From Armatimonadota bacterium (GTDB taxonomy: Bacteria > Armatimonadota > Zipacnadia > Zipacnadales > UBA11051): a stretch of 64,000 nt of DNA. Where the stretch lies: the NCBI GenBank assembly GCA_013178155.1, contig JABLXH010000018.1, positions 2,702 through 66,701 of the forward strand, read 5' to 3'. This document shows positions 27,084-36,362 of the stretch, piece after piece (the stretch's first letter is position 1; the number at the start of each line of letters is the position of its first letter). The notes beneath the pieces were generated by a model. That model did not search any database. It was not told the origin of the DNA and was given only the letters and a program-made list of their open reading frames with translations. A program made the translations under genes and the position numbers.

Positions 27084-27539
27084 TTAGCGGCGGTCGCGGT
27101 ACCGCTCATACCTGTCGCGAGCGCGGCCTCGGTCTCGGTCGCGGTCATTGTCCCGGTCTCTGCGCTGCTCCCGGCGGTCATCTTCCCAGCCGCCATAGCC
27201 ATAGTGATGGCGCTGTGCGTAGTACGGGGGACCGTAGTAGCGGCCGTAGGGCTGGGGCACGCTATACCAGCCTTCAACATACCGCCGGCCGTCCCAGTAC
27301 CAGCCATAGACCCCGCGTCGCTCCCAGTCGCTCCACAGGTAAGGGTCGTGGCTGAAGCCGCGGTAGTAATAGTACCCAATGTCGGGATTGCCGTAGTAGC
27401 TTGGGCCGTACAAGTACCGCTGCAGACCACCACCGCCAAAGCGGAAGTAGAAGGTCTGGGCATAGACAGCCGTCGCAAGCAACGTGATCACAACGGACAG
27501 CGCTAACACCAGCAGTACGGTCCTGTACATGGAACTCAC
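27084..27539 (-). CDS. small secreted low-complexity protein, Tyr/Gly/Trp-rich with C-terminal Arg-Asp repeats
   Basis: Signal peptide 'MSSMYRTVLLVLALSVVITLLATAVYA', then 'YYYYRGF...YGWYWDGRRY' and 'RDRDNDRDRDRGRARDRYERYRDRR'. Coding is plausible but uncertain. Confidence 0.5.
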   Translation of the reverse strand: MSSMYRTVLLVLALSVVITLLATAVYAQTFYFRFGGGGLQRYLYGPSYYGNPDIGYYYYRGFSHDPYLWSDWERRGVYGWYWDGRRYVEGWYSVPQPYGRYYGPPYYAQRHHYGYGGWEDDRREQRRDRDNDRDRDRGRARDRYERYRDRR

Positions 27540-27698
27540 CTCACGCCCCCCATTATCCTGACCTTAGATTATACCCGCTCATCTCGCCCGGCAAACTGCG
27601 CGGCCTGAAGGGCACCCGGAAACGACGCCCCGCGGACAAGAGTCTCCTCACCCGCGGGGCGTGCAGAACGACGAACTCCACTGATCGCCGACGGCGGC

Positions 27699-28934
27699 CT
27701 ACTTGGCCCGCTGGTATTTCTCCAGCTTGGGTTCCACCATGTGCCTCTGGAAGACGGGGTAGGCGGGGATGTCCATGGGCACCTGCGGCGGTGTCTTGCC
27801 CAGCAGGGGAGCCACATACCGGATGAACTCCTCGGTGACGCCATTCTGGTCAGCGTTGATCCATTCGGCGGGCACCAGTTTGGTTTGGTCGGCGACGCTC
27901 ATCAGCGATGTCGTGCCAATCTCCCACTCGTAAGGATCGTCACTGTTGCGGACGATAGTGGTCATGATGTCAGTCTCGCCGGCCAGGGCCTTTTCGACGG
28001 CGGCATAGCCCGCGGCATAGGCCTGTTCGTTGTCCACGTCCGACATGCAGTAAGCAAAGCAACGCTGCAGATTGCCCAGCTTGTCAGTCCGGACGCGGGT
28101 GCCAATGGCCTCTTCCACCATCTTGCCCAGCGCCTCAGCCACGCCACCCAGTCGCGCATGCCCAAACTCGTCCACCTTGTCGGAAGTGGTCGCGAGTTGG
28201 CTCTCCGCGAAGGTGAAGCCCTCCGAAACAGCCACAACCAGATAGCCGTACTGCTTGTAACAGGCTTCGCAGTCGGCCAGGAACTTGTCGGGATCCACCT
28301 TGACCTCGGGCAGGTAGACAAGATGTGGCGCCATCCAGTCCTCTTTGCGGCCAACCGCCGTGGCGCCGGTCAGCCAGCCGGCATGGCGGCCCATGACCTC
28401 CACGATCTCCGCCTGTCCAAAGGCCATGGCGTCGCGCGCGGCGAATTGCACCGCCGCTGCCGCATACCGGGCCGCGCTGGCAAAGCCGGGGCAGTTGTCG
28501 GTGACTACGAGGTCGTTATCAATCGTCTTGGGGATGCCTACCACCCGCATGTCCCAGTCGGACTGCTTGGCCAGCTCCGAGATCTGATGACAGGTCAACT
28601 GGGAATCGTTGCCCCCATTGTAGAAGAAGTACCGGATGTTGTGCGCCTTGAAAACCTCCATGCACCGCGCGACGTCCGCCTCGGTGACCTTGATGCGGCA
28701 GGTCCCGAGGGCGGCCGAGGGCGTGTAGCGCATGGCCTTGAGGACTTCATCGTCTTCGCGGAAGAGGTCGAACATCTTCTCGTTCATCACGCCGGAAACG
28801 CCGTTGGCGGCTCCGAAGAATTGATCCACGAGTTCCGACTTCTCCGCGGCCTGGACCGCGCCCACGAGGCTGGCGTTGATGACGATACTCGGCCCGCCGG
28901 ACTGACCGATGCAGGCATTGCCTTTGAGTGACAT
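27699..28934 (-). CDS. pfp: 6-phosphofructokinase, PPi-dependent type (Pfp/PfkA family)
   Basis: PFK fold motifs 'GGPSIVINASLVG', 'FFYNGGNDS', 'VVGIPKTIDNDL', 'MGRHAGWL'. 411 aa, like long PPi-PFKs. Confidence 0.88.
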   Translation of the reverse strand: MSLKGNACIGQSGGPSIVINASLVGAVQAAEKSELVDQFFGAANGVSGVMNEKMFDLFREDDEVLKAMRYTPSAALGTCRIKVTEADVARCMEVFKAHNIRYFFYNGGNDSQLTCHQISELAKQSDWDMRVVGIPKTIDNDLVVTDNCPGFASAARYAAAAVQFAARDAMAFGQAEIVEVMGRHAGWLTGATAVGRKEDWMAPHLVYLPEVKVDPDKFLADCEACYKQYGYLVVAVSEGFTFAESQLATTSDKVDEFGHARLGGVAEALGKMVEEAIGTRVRTDKLGNLQRCFAYCMSDVDNEQAYAAGYAAVEKALAGETDIMTTIVRNSDDPYEWEIGTTSLMSVADQTKLVPAEWINADQNGVTEEFIRYVAPLLGKTPPQVPMDIPAYPVFQRHMVEPKLEKYQRAK

Positions 28935-29206
28935 AGCAGGTTACCTCCCTGTAGTAAGACACATGGGTAAGGGTGTGGGGGAGCCGGCGGAGGTGGTCCC
29001 GAGACCAGACCGGGACACAAGCCGACGCCTTCGGCTCGCTCTGTGGGAACTGATAGGGCAAAGGTTATGTTATTATACGGACCGGGCACCGTCAAGGCGG
29101 TTGTCCGGCCGCCGTTGGAGGGGAAAGCGGAACACGCTCCGCCGCTGACCCACGCCCACACACCATGAGTTCCCCGCAGGCACTGATCAGTTCCTGACCG
29201 TAGGGG

Positions 29207-29815
29207 GTGGTGCCATCCATGACCGCGCAGAGAGCCCACCGCAGCAGCGGTTGGCGCGCCTCCCGATACTTCATGTCCGCGCTGGGTTTCGCCCTCTTGG
29301 CTGTGCCCACCTGGTGGCTTTGGAGTGCTGTCCGCCTGGCGGAAGTGCCCTCTGAGTCGATGGAGCCTACCCTGCTACCCGGCGATGTGCTCGCCGTACG
29401 GATCGATGCCTACCGTAAAGAACCACCGGCCCGGGGTGACATCATCATCCTGCGTGATCCCAAGTCCGACGGGTGGATGGTGAAGAGGGTGGTGGGGGAG
29501 CCCGGCGAGGAACTGGTCGTCGCCAGCGGCCATGTGGTGACACCCTACGGCTGGCTCGAGGAACCCTACATCCGCGAACCGAAGGTGCGGGAGCGCGCCT
29601 TTGTAGTTCGCCTCGCCACCGACGAAGTGTTTGTCATGGGCGACAACCGGGACCGTTCCGACGACAGCCGGGACTTCGGCCCGGTGAAGCTCAACCGAGT
29701 GGTCGGACGCGTCGCCGGCATCATCTGGCCCTGGTCACGCCGTACCACCATCCCCCGGTTCGTAGACATCATCCCCGACAAGACGCCCGCGACCAACCGC
29801 GCCCCGGGTCGTTAG
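29207..29815 (+). CDS. lepB: signal peptidase I
   Basis: Catalytic Ser box 'SESMEPTL', 'GDIIILRDP', 'VKRVVGEPGE', 'VMGDNRDRSDDSR' (S26 boxes B-E). Confidence 0.9.
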   Translation: MVPSMTAQRAHRSSGWRASRYFMSALGFALLAVPTWWLWSAVRLAEVPSESMEPTLLPGDVLAVRIDAYRKEPPARGDIIILRDPKSDGWMVKRVVGEPGEELVVASGHVVTPYGWLEEPYIREPKVRERAFVVRLATDEVFVMGDNRDRSDDSRDFGPVKLNRVVGRVAGIIWPWSRRTTIPRFVDIIPDKTPATNRAPGR

Positions 29816-31101
29816 CCGCGACTGCCTTCCCCTGCAGTTCCGAAGGCAGCCATGGCGGCCTGCAGAGCGACTGCCGGCTCCTCCCGGCCACTGAGAGCCA
29901 ACCAGATGGCGTGCTCGATCACTGCAGCAGCCGTGTCACCCTCGGTCAGTGGCCAGCCCTGTGCCGTCTCCAGGTCCGCCAGGAACGGAGCCAGGTTCGC
30001 AAACTGCCGCGCCTCTCGCACGTGGTCAGTGCAGACCGGCAGGCCCCCCATCATCCAGAGCGCTCGTTGGGCCCTCGGGCTGGCAACAAAGCGCAAGAAC
30101 GCCCCGCACTCCCGCGGCTTGCTGGTACTGGCCAGGGCCACCACCAAATCACAGGATATCTGGTTGCCCGGGGCTTTGTCACCTGGAGCGGCCGTGATAC
30201 CGACAGCTAGCTGCGGGCGGTTGCGCTTCAGCCATCCCCCAAACCCTTGCCCGGCTAGCACCATCGCCACGCGACCATCGGCAAAAGCGCGTTCCATATC
30301 GGCTGCGCTCCAGCTCAGCGCCTCGGGTGGCGTGGCCCCGGCCCGGGCCAGCTCCACCCAGTACGCCAGAGCCTTGGCCGCCACTTCCGACCCCAACTGC
30401 AGCGCGCCCTCGGCGTCAACCGCCTCGCCGCCAAAGGCATGCAGCAGGGCCAGATAAGTGCTGACGCCGTCTCCGCCGGGGAGTGCCGGCAGACCCAGCC
30501 CATAGACCCCAGGAGGATGGGAGAGCTTCGTCGCCACCGCCGTTAGCTCCCCCAGGGTCTTCGGTGGCTTCAGCCCCGCTGCCTGCAGCAGATCATGTCG
30601 GTAATAGAGCGCCTGAGCGTCCAATCGCCAGGGCAAGCCCAGAAGCTTGCCGCCGACCCGACAGCGCTCGACCACCGAGGGGGTCAGACCGGCCAGGTCT
30701 TGAGCACTCAACACGTCGTCGAGGGGCAGCAGCGAGGAGGCGTAGTCAGGCAGCCACACATCGCGCACGATCGTCAGATCGGGCGCGTACTGCTTCAGAC
30801 TGCCCGACCAGTAACGCATCCGCGGCCGAGCCTGAGGCCACCGGTCGTACATCAGGTCCAGCCGAACGCCTCGCTGGTTCTCCGCAAAGGCCTCCACAAT
30901 GTCCCTGGATCCGCTCGGCAGCCGCTCGCCCGGCTCGGCCCACGCCACCATACGTAGGACAACGGGCTCTGCAACCGCTGGTTCCGCGCTGGCCGAAAGG
31001 GTCAGTGGCGCGCTGCAGACGAGCAGCAGGGCGAACAAAGCAACGAGGGCCGCACGACGGCGGCCCCCGGTATGCTCCACGCTCACTACCAGGAAAGCCA
31101 T
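29812..31101 (-). CDS. ABC transporter extracellular solute-binding protein (family 1, sugar-type)
   Basis: Signal peptide 'MAFLVVSVEHTGGRRRAALVALFALLLVCSAPLTLSASA'. The mature domain shows a periplasmic binding protein pattern. ATG at 31099-31101. Confidence 0.72.
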   Translation of the reverse strand: MAFLVVSVEHTGGRRRAALVALFALLLVCSAPLTLSASAEPAVAEPVVLRMVAWAEPGERLPSGSRDIVEAFAENQRGVRLDLMYDRWPQARPRMRYWSGSLKQYAPDLTIVRDVWLPDYASSLLPLDDVLSAQDLAGLTPSVVERCRVGGKLLGLPWRLDAQALYYRHDLLQAAGLKPPKTLGELTAVATKLSHPPGVYGLGLPALPGGDGVSTYLALLHAFGGEAVDAEGALQLGSEVAAKALAYWVELARAGATPPEALSWSAADMERAFADGRVAMVLAGQGFGGWLKRNRPQLAVGITAAPGDKAPGNQISCDLVVALASTSKPRECGAFLRFVASPRAQRALWMMGGLPVCTDHVREARQFANLAPFLADLETAQGWPLTEGDTAAAVIEHAIWLALSGREEPAVALQAAMAAFGTAGEGSRG

Positions 31102-31111
31102 GACGGCTCGC

Positions 31112-32731
31112 TTAGCTGACCTCGGTGACCTTGATCGTGACCGTGCCCTTGGCCTCGATCTTGGCTGGCATAGTGGACCCACCACCCATGCCTCCGGCTC
31201 CACCCGGCATCATCCCGGGCATGCCGCCACCGGGGCCGCCACCCGGCATCATCCCCGGCATGCCGCCACCGGGGCCGCCACCCGGCATCATCCCCGGCAT
31301 GCCGCCACCGGGGCCGCCACCCGGCATCATCCCGGGCATACCGCCACCGGGTCCGCCACCGGGCATCATCCCCGGCATGCCGCCACCAGGACCGCCGGGC
31401 ATCATCCCCGGCATGCCGCCACCAGGACCACCGGGCATCATCCCCGGCATGCCACCACCAGGGCCGCCACCCGGCATCATCCCGGGCATACCGCCGCCGG
31501 GGCCGCCGCCGGGCATCATCCCCGGCATGCCGCCACCAGGACCACCGGGCATCATCCCCGGCACCTCCGGCACACCTGGCATCCCTGGCATCCCTGGTTC
31601 CATCCCCGGCATCCCCGCCTCCATGCCTGACATGCCCATGCTCATGCTCATGCCACCGGTGGCCTGGGCCATATAGGCCTCATACTCGTGGTTGATCTCA
31701 TCCTCGATCCCCACGAATCGGCCTGCCTCGTAGGCGAAATAGGAGTACCGGGTACCCTCGTAGTCAGTAACCACTCGCCAGGAGCTTCCCTGACCGGGGA
31801 CCAGTAGGTCCACGTCCTTCGCCTCGAACTTGCTCACGATGCGAGCCGTCTTGATGCCGGAGTACCACTGGAAGCCGTCAAGCTTGTGCTGGGCCCGGAC
31901 ATGGTGTCGCTTGTCGTCGGCGGGGTCCAGCAGCAGCCACAGGTCACTGCTCCAGGTGTCACCCACCCGCAGCGGGCGGTCCGGCAACTCCAGAGTGAGC
32001 GAACCCAACTCCAGCAGCGGGTCGCCGGTGCGCTTGACCTCAACCCGACCCTCGGCCGTCAGTACCTGGATGAAGCTCTTCCCGACCCCGCTGACATTCT
32101 TGGGCTTCTCCCGCCCCCACCGCGTCCAACCCTCCACGAGGCGCTTCCGCAGCAGGGCCGGTCCGCCCGAACTGGTCGTGAGACTTGTATCTACGTAGAG
32201 GGCCTCCAGGACGCCCGTGAACTGGTCTACCAGGGGCTGCAGGAAGGGGTTTGGTTCCTTGAGGGAGACGACCCGCGACCCCTCGACGTCATACTTGTAC
32301 TCGTGGCCGCGAGTGTAGTTGACCTTTAGCCTCACCGAACTGGGAGCCTCACCTGGCCCCAGATTGTTGGCCACGGTCACCTGGATCGAGGTCTCACCGA
32401 TGGCTGCTCCCGCGGGAGACTGGGCAACGGCCCGGATGGTGTACATGCCATCGGGGAACAGACGTTTGTCCTGGTCCCGCGCCGTCGTGTCCCACACCCA
32501 TATGTAAGGCTTGATGACCGCCGCGACAAACTCGTCCTTCTGCCCTGGACCCTCGAGCTTGAAAGACATCCACCCGCTCTCCGGGTCCGGCTTCACCCCC
32601 TGGATCTTGACCAGTCCGCGCACCGTCGAGCCCGAGGCGGGGGAGGTGATGCTGACCTCCTGCGCCAGCACCAGGGTGGCGTGGCCCAGGAGAGTCATGA
32701 CTAACAGCACGATCCAGGGGTGTCTACTCAT
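31112..32731 (-). CDS. secreted protein with Ig-like N-terminal region and C-terminal array of Met/Pro/Gly-rich 13-aa repeats (MPGMMPGGGPGGG x ~9)
   Basis: Signal peptide 'MSRHPWIVLLVMTLLGHATLVLAQE'. The repeat block is followed by 'STMPAKIEAKGTVTIKVTEVS'. It ends 10 nt before the solute-binding gene starts, suggesting an operon. Confidence 0.75.
   Translation of the reverse strand: MSRHPWIVLLVMTLLGHATLVLAQEVSITSPASGSTVRGLVKIQGVKPDPESGWMSFKLEGPGQKDEFVAAVIKPYIWVWDTTARDQDKRLFPDGMYTIRAVAQSPAGAAIGETSIQVTVANNLGPGEAPSSVRLKVNYTRGHEYKYDVEGSRVVSLKEPNPFLQPLVDQFTGVLEALYVDTSLTTSSGGPALLRKRLVEGWTRWGREKPKNVSGVGKSFIQVLTAEGRVEVKRTGDPLLELGSLTLELPDRPLRVGDTWSSDLWLLLDPADDKRHHVRAQHKLDGFQWYSGIKTARIVSKFEAKDVDLLVPGQGSSWRVVTDYEGTRYSYFAYEAGRFVGIEDEINHEYEAYMAQATGGMSMSMGMSGMEAGMPGMEPGMPGMPGVPEVPGMMPGGPGGGMPGMMPGGGPGGGMPGMMPGGGPGGGMPGMMPGGPGGGMPGMMPGGPGGGMPGMMPGGGPGGGMPGMMPGGGPGGGMPGMMPGGGPGGGMPGMMPGGGPGGGMPGMMPGGAGGMGGGSTMPAKIEAKGTVTIKVTEVS
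31186..31570. repeat. in-frame 39-bp (some 36-bp) tandem repeat array inside the 31112..32731 CDS
   Basis: Unit ccggcatcatcccgggcatgccgccaccggggccgccac repeated about nine times, seen directly in the sequence. Confidence 0.9.
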
Positions 32732-32867
32732 GTCTCGCGGACCCCTTTCGGAGGTAACCCGTCTGCCATGTCACTGCGCTGCTGGCCCAGATGCAACACC
32801 AATAAACACCGGCCGGCACTGCCAGTTCCCCTGGATCGTCCCCCACTCAGCGCTGGCAAGGCCGTCG

Positions 32868-33404
32868 TCATTGTCCCCCGTCAGCCCCTGCGTCCTGCTC
32901 TGTGCCCAGACGCGCGCTGACTGCCGCCCGCATCGGCGGCGCCAGACAGGCCCAGGTACTGGCCAGCGACTGCGGCACGACCCGCGTGCCGGCCGTGACA
33001 GCCATGAAGTTGGTGTCGCCCGACCACCGGGGCACCACGTGTAGGTGCACGTGGTCCCTGATCCCTGCCCCCGCCGCCTTACCGATGTTCATGCCCAGGT
33101 TGGCAGCTTCGGCGTGCAGAACCTCCTGCAGCACCGCTACCGCCACTTGGGCCAGCACAAACATCTCAGCCAAGACCTCAGCCGCCAGGGATGTGAAATC
33201 CCTCTCGTGGGCATACGGCACGATCATCAGGTGCCCACTGTTGTAAGGAAAGGCGTTCAGGATGACGTAGTTGTAACGTCCGCGGGCCAATATCCCGTTC
33301 GCCTGGTCGCATTCCTCGCCCGGCTTCGTGCAGAATATGCAGCCATCTTGTGCGTCGGCCGTGACCACATATTCCATCCGCCAAGGTGCCCAAAGATGAT
33401 CCAA
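32868..33404 (-). CDS. HIT (histidine triad) family nucleotide hydrolase/transferase
   Basis: 'MDHLWAPWRMEYV' start and the histidine triad 'HVHLHVVPR'. Confidence 0.8.
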   Translation of the reverse strand: MDHLWAPWRMEYVVTADAQDGCIFCTKPGEECDQANGILARGRYNYVILNAFPYNSGHLMIVPYAHERDFTSLAAEVLAEMFVLAQVAVAVLQEVLHAEAANLGMNIGKAAGAGIRDHVHLHVVPRWSGDTNFMAVTAGTRVVPQSLASTWACLAPPMRAAVSARLGTEQDAGADGGQ

Positions 33405-33443
33405 TATCCCCGGCTCCTGCCTGACCGCCCGGCCGCTCTCGTC

Positions 33444-33689
33444 CTACTTGTTCATCTGAAACCAGACCATGGCATTGAGGGCGCAGGCCACGATCCAGAC
33501 GATCGCTGACACCTTGGTCAGGCGGTCCAGCATCTCCTCCTTGCTGCCCTTGCGGAAGCGCCCGCTGTCCCCGCCGCCCATGGCCGCCGAGAAGCTCTCG
33601 GCCTTGTTGGTCTGAAGGGTCACCGCCGTGATCAGGCCGATGCCACTCAACAGGGCGATCCCCATCAGTATCTTGTGCAGAAGATCCAT
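33444..33689 (-). CDS. secG: preprotein translocase subunit SecG
   Basis: 'MDLLHKILMGIALLSGIGLITAVTLQTNKAE...GGG...' is a typical SecG sequence. GGGAGG RBS. It sits upstream of and on the same strand as the HIT gene. Confidence 0.8.
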   Translation of the reverse strand: MDLLHKILMGIALLSGIGLITAVTLQTNKAESFSAAMGGGDSGRFRKGSKEEMLDRLTKVSAIVWIVACALNAMVWFQMNK

Positions 33690-34000
33690 GCCTACCTCCC
33701 TGCAGACGCCACGCCCCGTGGCGACCACAGACCACAACGCCGGGCAGGAGATACCCACTCCTACCTTATCACAACGGCACCCAAATGGCCCCGTCGCAAC
33801 CGTTGCTTACCGGATTGTGCCAGGCAAAGCCCGACCTGTCAGGATTGTACAGCACCTCCCGCGCGGCGTCAAGACAACCGGGCACCAGGCCTGGGGAGGT
33901 GCCCCTGCGGGCACCGCCGAACCATCCGCTACCGCCTTGTCCCACGGTCGGAGAACACTCCTCCCGCTTGCAGGCAACCCAGACCCAGCGGAGCCACGAG

Positions 34001-36343
34001 ATGAGCCTCACGCCCAGATGTGCCATCCTCCCACTCGCGCTGCTTGTCACCAGCGGAGTCTGGGCGCGGGACCCTTTGCACTGGGGCTTTGAACAGCCCG
34101 ATCAGGACTGGGTGGCCTCTCCCCTTGACCCTCAGACCCAGAAGGTGGCTCGCGACCCCGGCCGCTGTACCGAGGGCAAAGCCTCGCTGGCGATCGTCGG
34201 CAAACTGCCCGGAAGCTTCGGTGTCACCTACTACCCCTGGCACGACTGGACTGGCTTCACGCAGCTCAGCTTCGATCTCTACGTACCGAAAGACATCCCG
34301 CGGGACTTCGACCTGTGGGTCTACCTCAAGGACAAGCAGTACTACTGGTACCAGACCGCGCCCTTCCGCTCCCCTCAGACTGGCAAGCCCACCGGCAGTC
34401 TCCGCCCCGGACAGTGGCACACCGTCAAGCTCGATGTGTCCTCGCACTCCACCATCTGGAAACCGGGTGGCCACCGCCGCGCGTGGGAACGCACTCTCTA
34501 CTACCCCCGCGAATTCGGCATCCGTGTCTTCTCCAGGAGCCACTGGAGCGGCGTGATCTACCTGGACAACGTCAACCTGACCGGCAACGCCCAGCCCCTC
34601 GGGCGCTTCGACCCCGGGATGCTCAGACCGGTCGCCGCTCCGCTGACCCTCAGACCCAGCGCCCAGACCGTGCCGGTGTACGGCAAGTTCGAGTTGAGCT
34701 TCAACCTGGACCGCGAGTACGAGAACCCCTTCGACCCTCGGGTGGTGGACGTCACCGGCGTCTTCACCGCCCCCGACGGCACCTCCGTCACCATCCCGGG
34801 TTTCCTGTACCAGGACTATGAGCGCAGCCTGACCAAGGACCAGTGGGAACAGCTCATCCCTGTCGGCCACACCTTCTGGAAAGTCCGCTTCGCCCCCACC
34901 ATGCCCGGCACGCACCGCTACCACGTGGTGGTCAAGGACGCCACCGGCATCCAGCGCTCGGCCGAATCGACCTTCACCGCCATTGCTCCCACTGACCCCC
35001 GTGGCTACGTGCGCGTGAGCAGAGACGACCCCAGGTATTTCGAGTTCGATAACGGGGAGTTCTTCTTCCCGACAGGGATCAACATGCGAGACGGTGGGGA
35101 TCAAGCAGAGCAGCAGAAGGGCACCTATGAGTTTGACTACTTCTTCCGGCGCTTCGAGGAACAGGGCCTGAACTTCGTGCGCACCTGGATGTGCGCGTGG
35201 TGGGCCGGCATCGAGTGGAGTGACAAGTACCACTCCCGCTTCGACGGCGTGGGTCGCTACAACCTCTACAACGCCTGGCGACTGGACTACGCCCTCGACT
35301 TGGCCGAGAAACACAATCTCCTGGTCGAGCTAACCCTCAGCAGCCACGGTCAGTTCCGCCGTGACAAGTTCGACGCCGAGTGGCAGTACAATCCCTACTC
35401 CGTCCGCAACGGCGGAATGATCGCCTCCCCGGCCATGTTCTTCACCAGCCCCACGGCAAAGGAACTGGTCCGGCAGCGGCTGCGCTATATCGTCGCCCGC
35501 TGGGGCTACAGCCGCAATCTCATGTCCTGGGATCTGGTCAACGAAGTCGATCTGACCGAGGGGTACGACCGTGAGCAGGTTGCCCAGTGGCACCGCGAGA
35601 TGGCTGCCTACCTGAAGTCCATAGATCCCTGGAAGCACCTCGTCTGCACCCACATCTGCCTCTACTGGTCCTATGGCGACGAGCTCTGGCAGCTCCCCGA
35701 AATCGAGTACATCCAGGCCGATGCCTACTGGAAACGGCGCGACATCGGCATGAACGAGTGCTGGGAGGCCAAGAAGCAGTACCGCAAACCGTTCCTCTTC
35801 ATCGAGTACGGGCCGCAGACCGCCTCCCTGCCCATCCCCTACGAAGCCTGGCAGCAGGACTTCCGCGTCGGCATGTGGGTCTCCAACCTCATGCCCGCCG
35901 CCGCCCCGGCTCAGTTCTGGTACAACCGCGAATGGGAAGAACACAAGCTGTGGCGCTACCAATCGGGCCTTATCGCCTTCAACCGGGGTGAAGACCGCAG
36001 GGGCAAGAACCTCAAGTCGCTCTCCGCCACCTGCCGCGCTGCCAACGGCATCCCCCTCGACGTCCAGGCCATGGGCAACGGCACCTCCGGAGCCTTCTAT
36101 GTCTACAGCTTCGACAACCTCGCCGTCCCGGATCCAAACAACGTTCCCGCCGAACGTGTCATTCCCTCGGCAACTGTCGCCCTGCCGGGCTTCCGAAACG
36201 GCACCTACACGCTGGAATACTGGGACACCATCGCCGGCCAGGTAGTCGCCACCAGGTCGTGTCAGGTCACCAATGGCCTCATCCTGGCCGAGACTCCGGC
36301 CTTCGCCGCCGACCTGGCCTGCAAGATCAGGCCCGCCGACTGA
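34001..36343 (+). CDS. secreted DUF5060/DUF4038-type glycoside hydrolase-like protein (GH5-like TIM barrel with N-terminal Ig-like domain)
   Basis: ATG at 34001 gives signal peptide 'MSLTPRCAILPLALLVTSGVWA'. The pattern 'GINMRDGG...NFVRTWMCAWWAGIEW...WDLVNEVD' fits the cellulase-like GH5 superfamily. Specific activity is unknown. Confidence 0.68.
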   Translation: MSLTPRCAILPLALLVTSGVWARDPLHWGFEQPDQDWVASPLDPQTQKVARDPGRCTEGKASLAIVGKLPGSFGVTYYPWHDWTGFTQLSFDLYVPKDIPRDFDLWVYLKDKQYYWYQTAPFRSPQTGKPTGSLRPGQWHTVKLDVSSHSTIWKPGGHRRAWERTLYYPREFGIRVFSRSHWSGVIYLDNVNLTGNAQPLGRFDPGMLRPVAAPLTLRPSAQTVPVYGKFELSFNLDREYENPFDPRVVDVTGVFTAPDGTSVTIPGFLYQDYERSLTKDQWEQLIPVGHTFWKVRFAPTMPGTHRYHVVVKDATGIQRSAESTFTAIAPTDPRGYVRVSRDDPRYFEFDNGEFFFPTGINMRDGGDQAEQQKGTYEFDYFFRRFEEQGLNFVRTWMCAWWAGIEWSDKYHSRFDGVGRYNLYNAWRLDYALDLAEKHNLLVELTLSSHGQFRRDKFDAEWQYNPYSVRNGGMIASPAMFFTSPTAKELVRQRLRYIVARWGYSRNLMSWDLVNEVDLTEGYDREQVAQWHREMAAYLKSIDPWKHLVCTHICLYWSYGDELWQLPEIEYIQADAYWKRRDIGMNECWEAKKQYRKPFLFIEYGPQTASLPIPYEAWQQDFRVGMWVSNLMPAAAPAQFWYNREWEEHKLWRYQSGLIAFNRGEDRRGKNLKSLSATCRAANGIPLDVQAMGNGTSGAFYVYSFDNLAVPDPNNVPAERVIPSATVALPGFRNGTYTLEYWDTIAGQVVATRSCQVTNGLILAETPAFAADLACKIRPAD

Positions 36344-36362
36344 GTGTCTGCGGACGCCTCGG

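Noticed and set aside
27741-28931. 396-aa plus-strand ORF antisense to pfp
   Set aside because: Shadow ORF. The minus-strand product has unambiguous phosphofructokinase motifs.
31125-31676. Plus-strand 183-aa 'PGIIPGMPPPGPP' repeat ORF and 30899..31630 'HPRHAATGAATRH' repeat ORF
   Set aside because: These are alternative-frame and antisense readings of the 39-bp tandem DNA repeat. The minus-strand frame continues from a signal-peptide-bearing 539-aa protein and is the real CDS.
33929-35314. 461-aa minus-strand ORF inside the GH5-like gene, plus other long antisense ORFs (13359..14147, 15725..16981, 17765..19324, 38851..40068, 44039..45271, 53575..54675, 56051..57052, 59660..60358, 61335..61946, 62635..63456)
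   Set aside because: All are low-complexity Ala/Arg/Pro/Gly-rich translations antisense to genes with recognisable domains, as expected for stop-poor GC-rich DNA. None has an RBS-like sequence or motif support.
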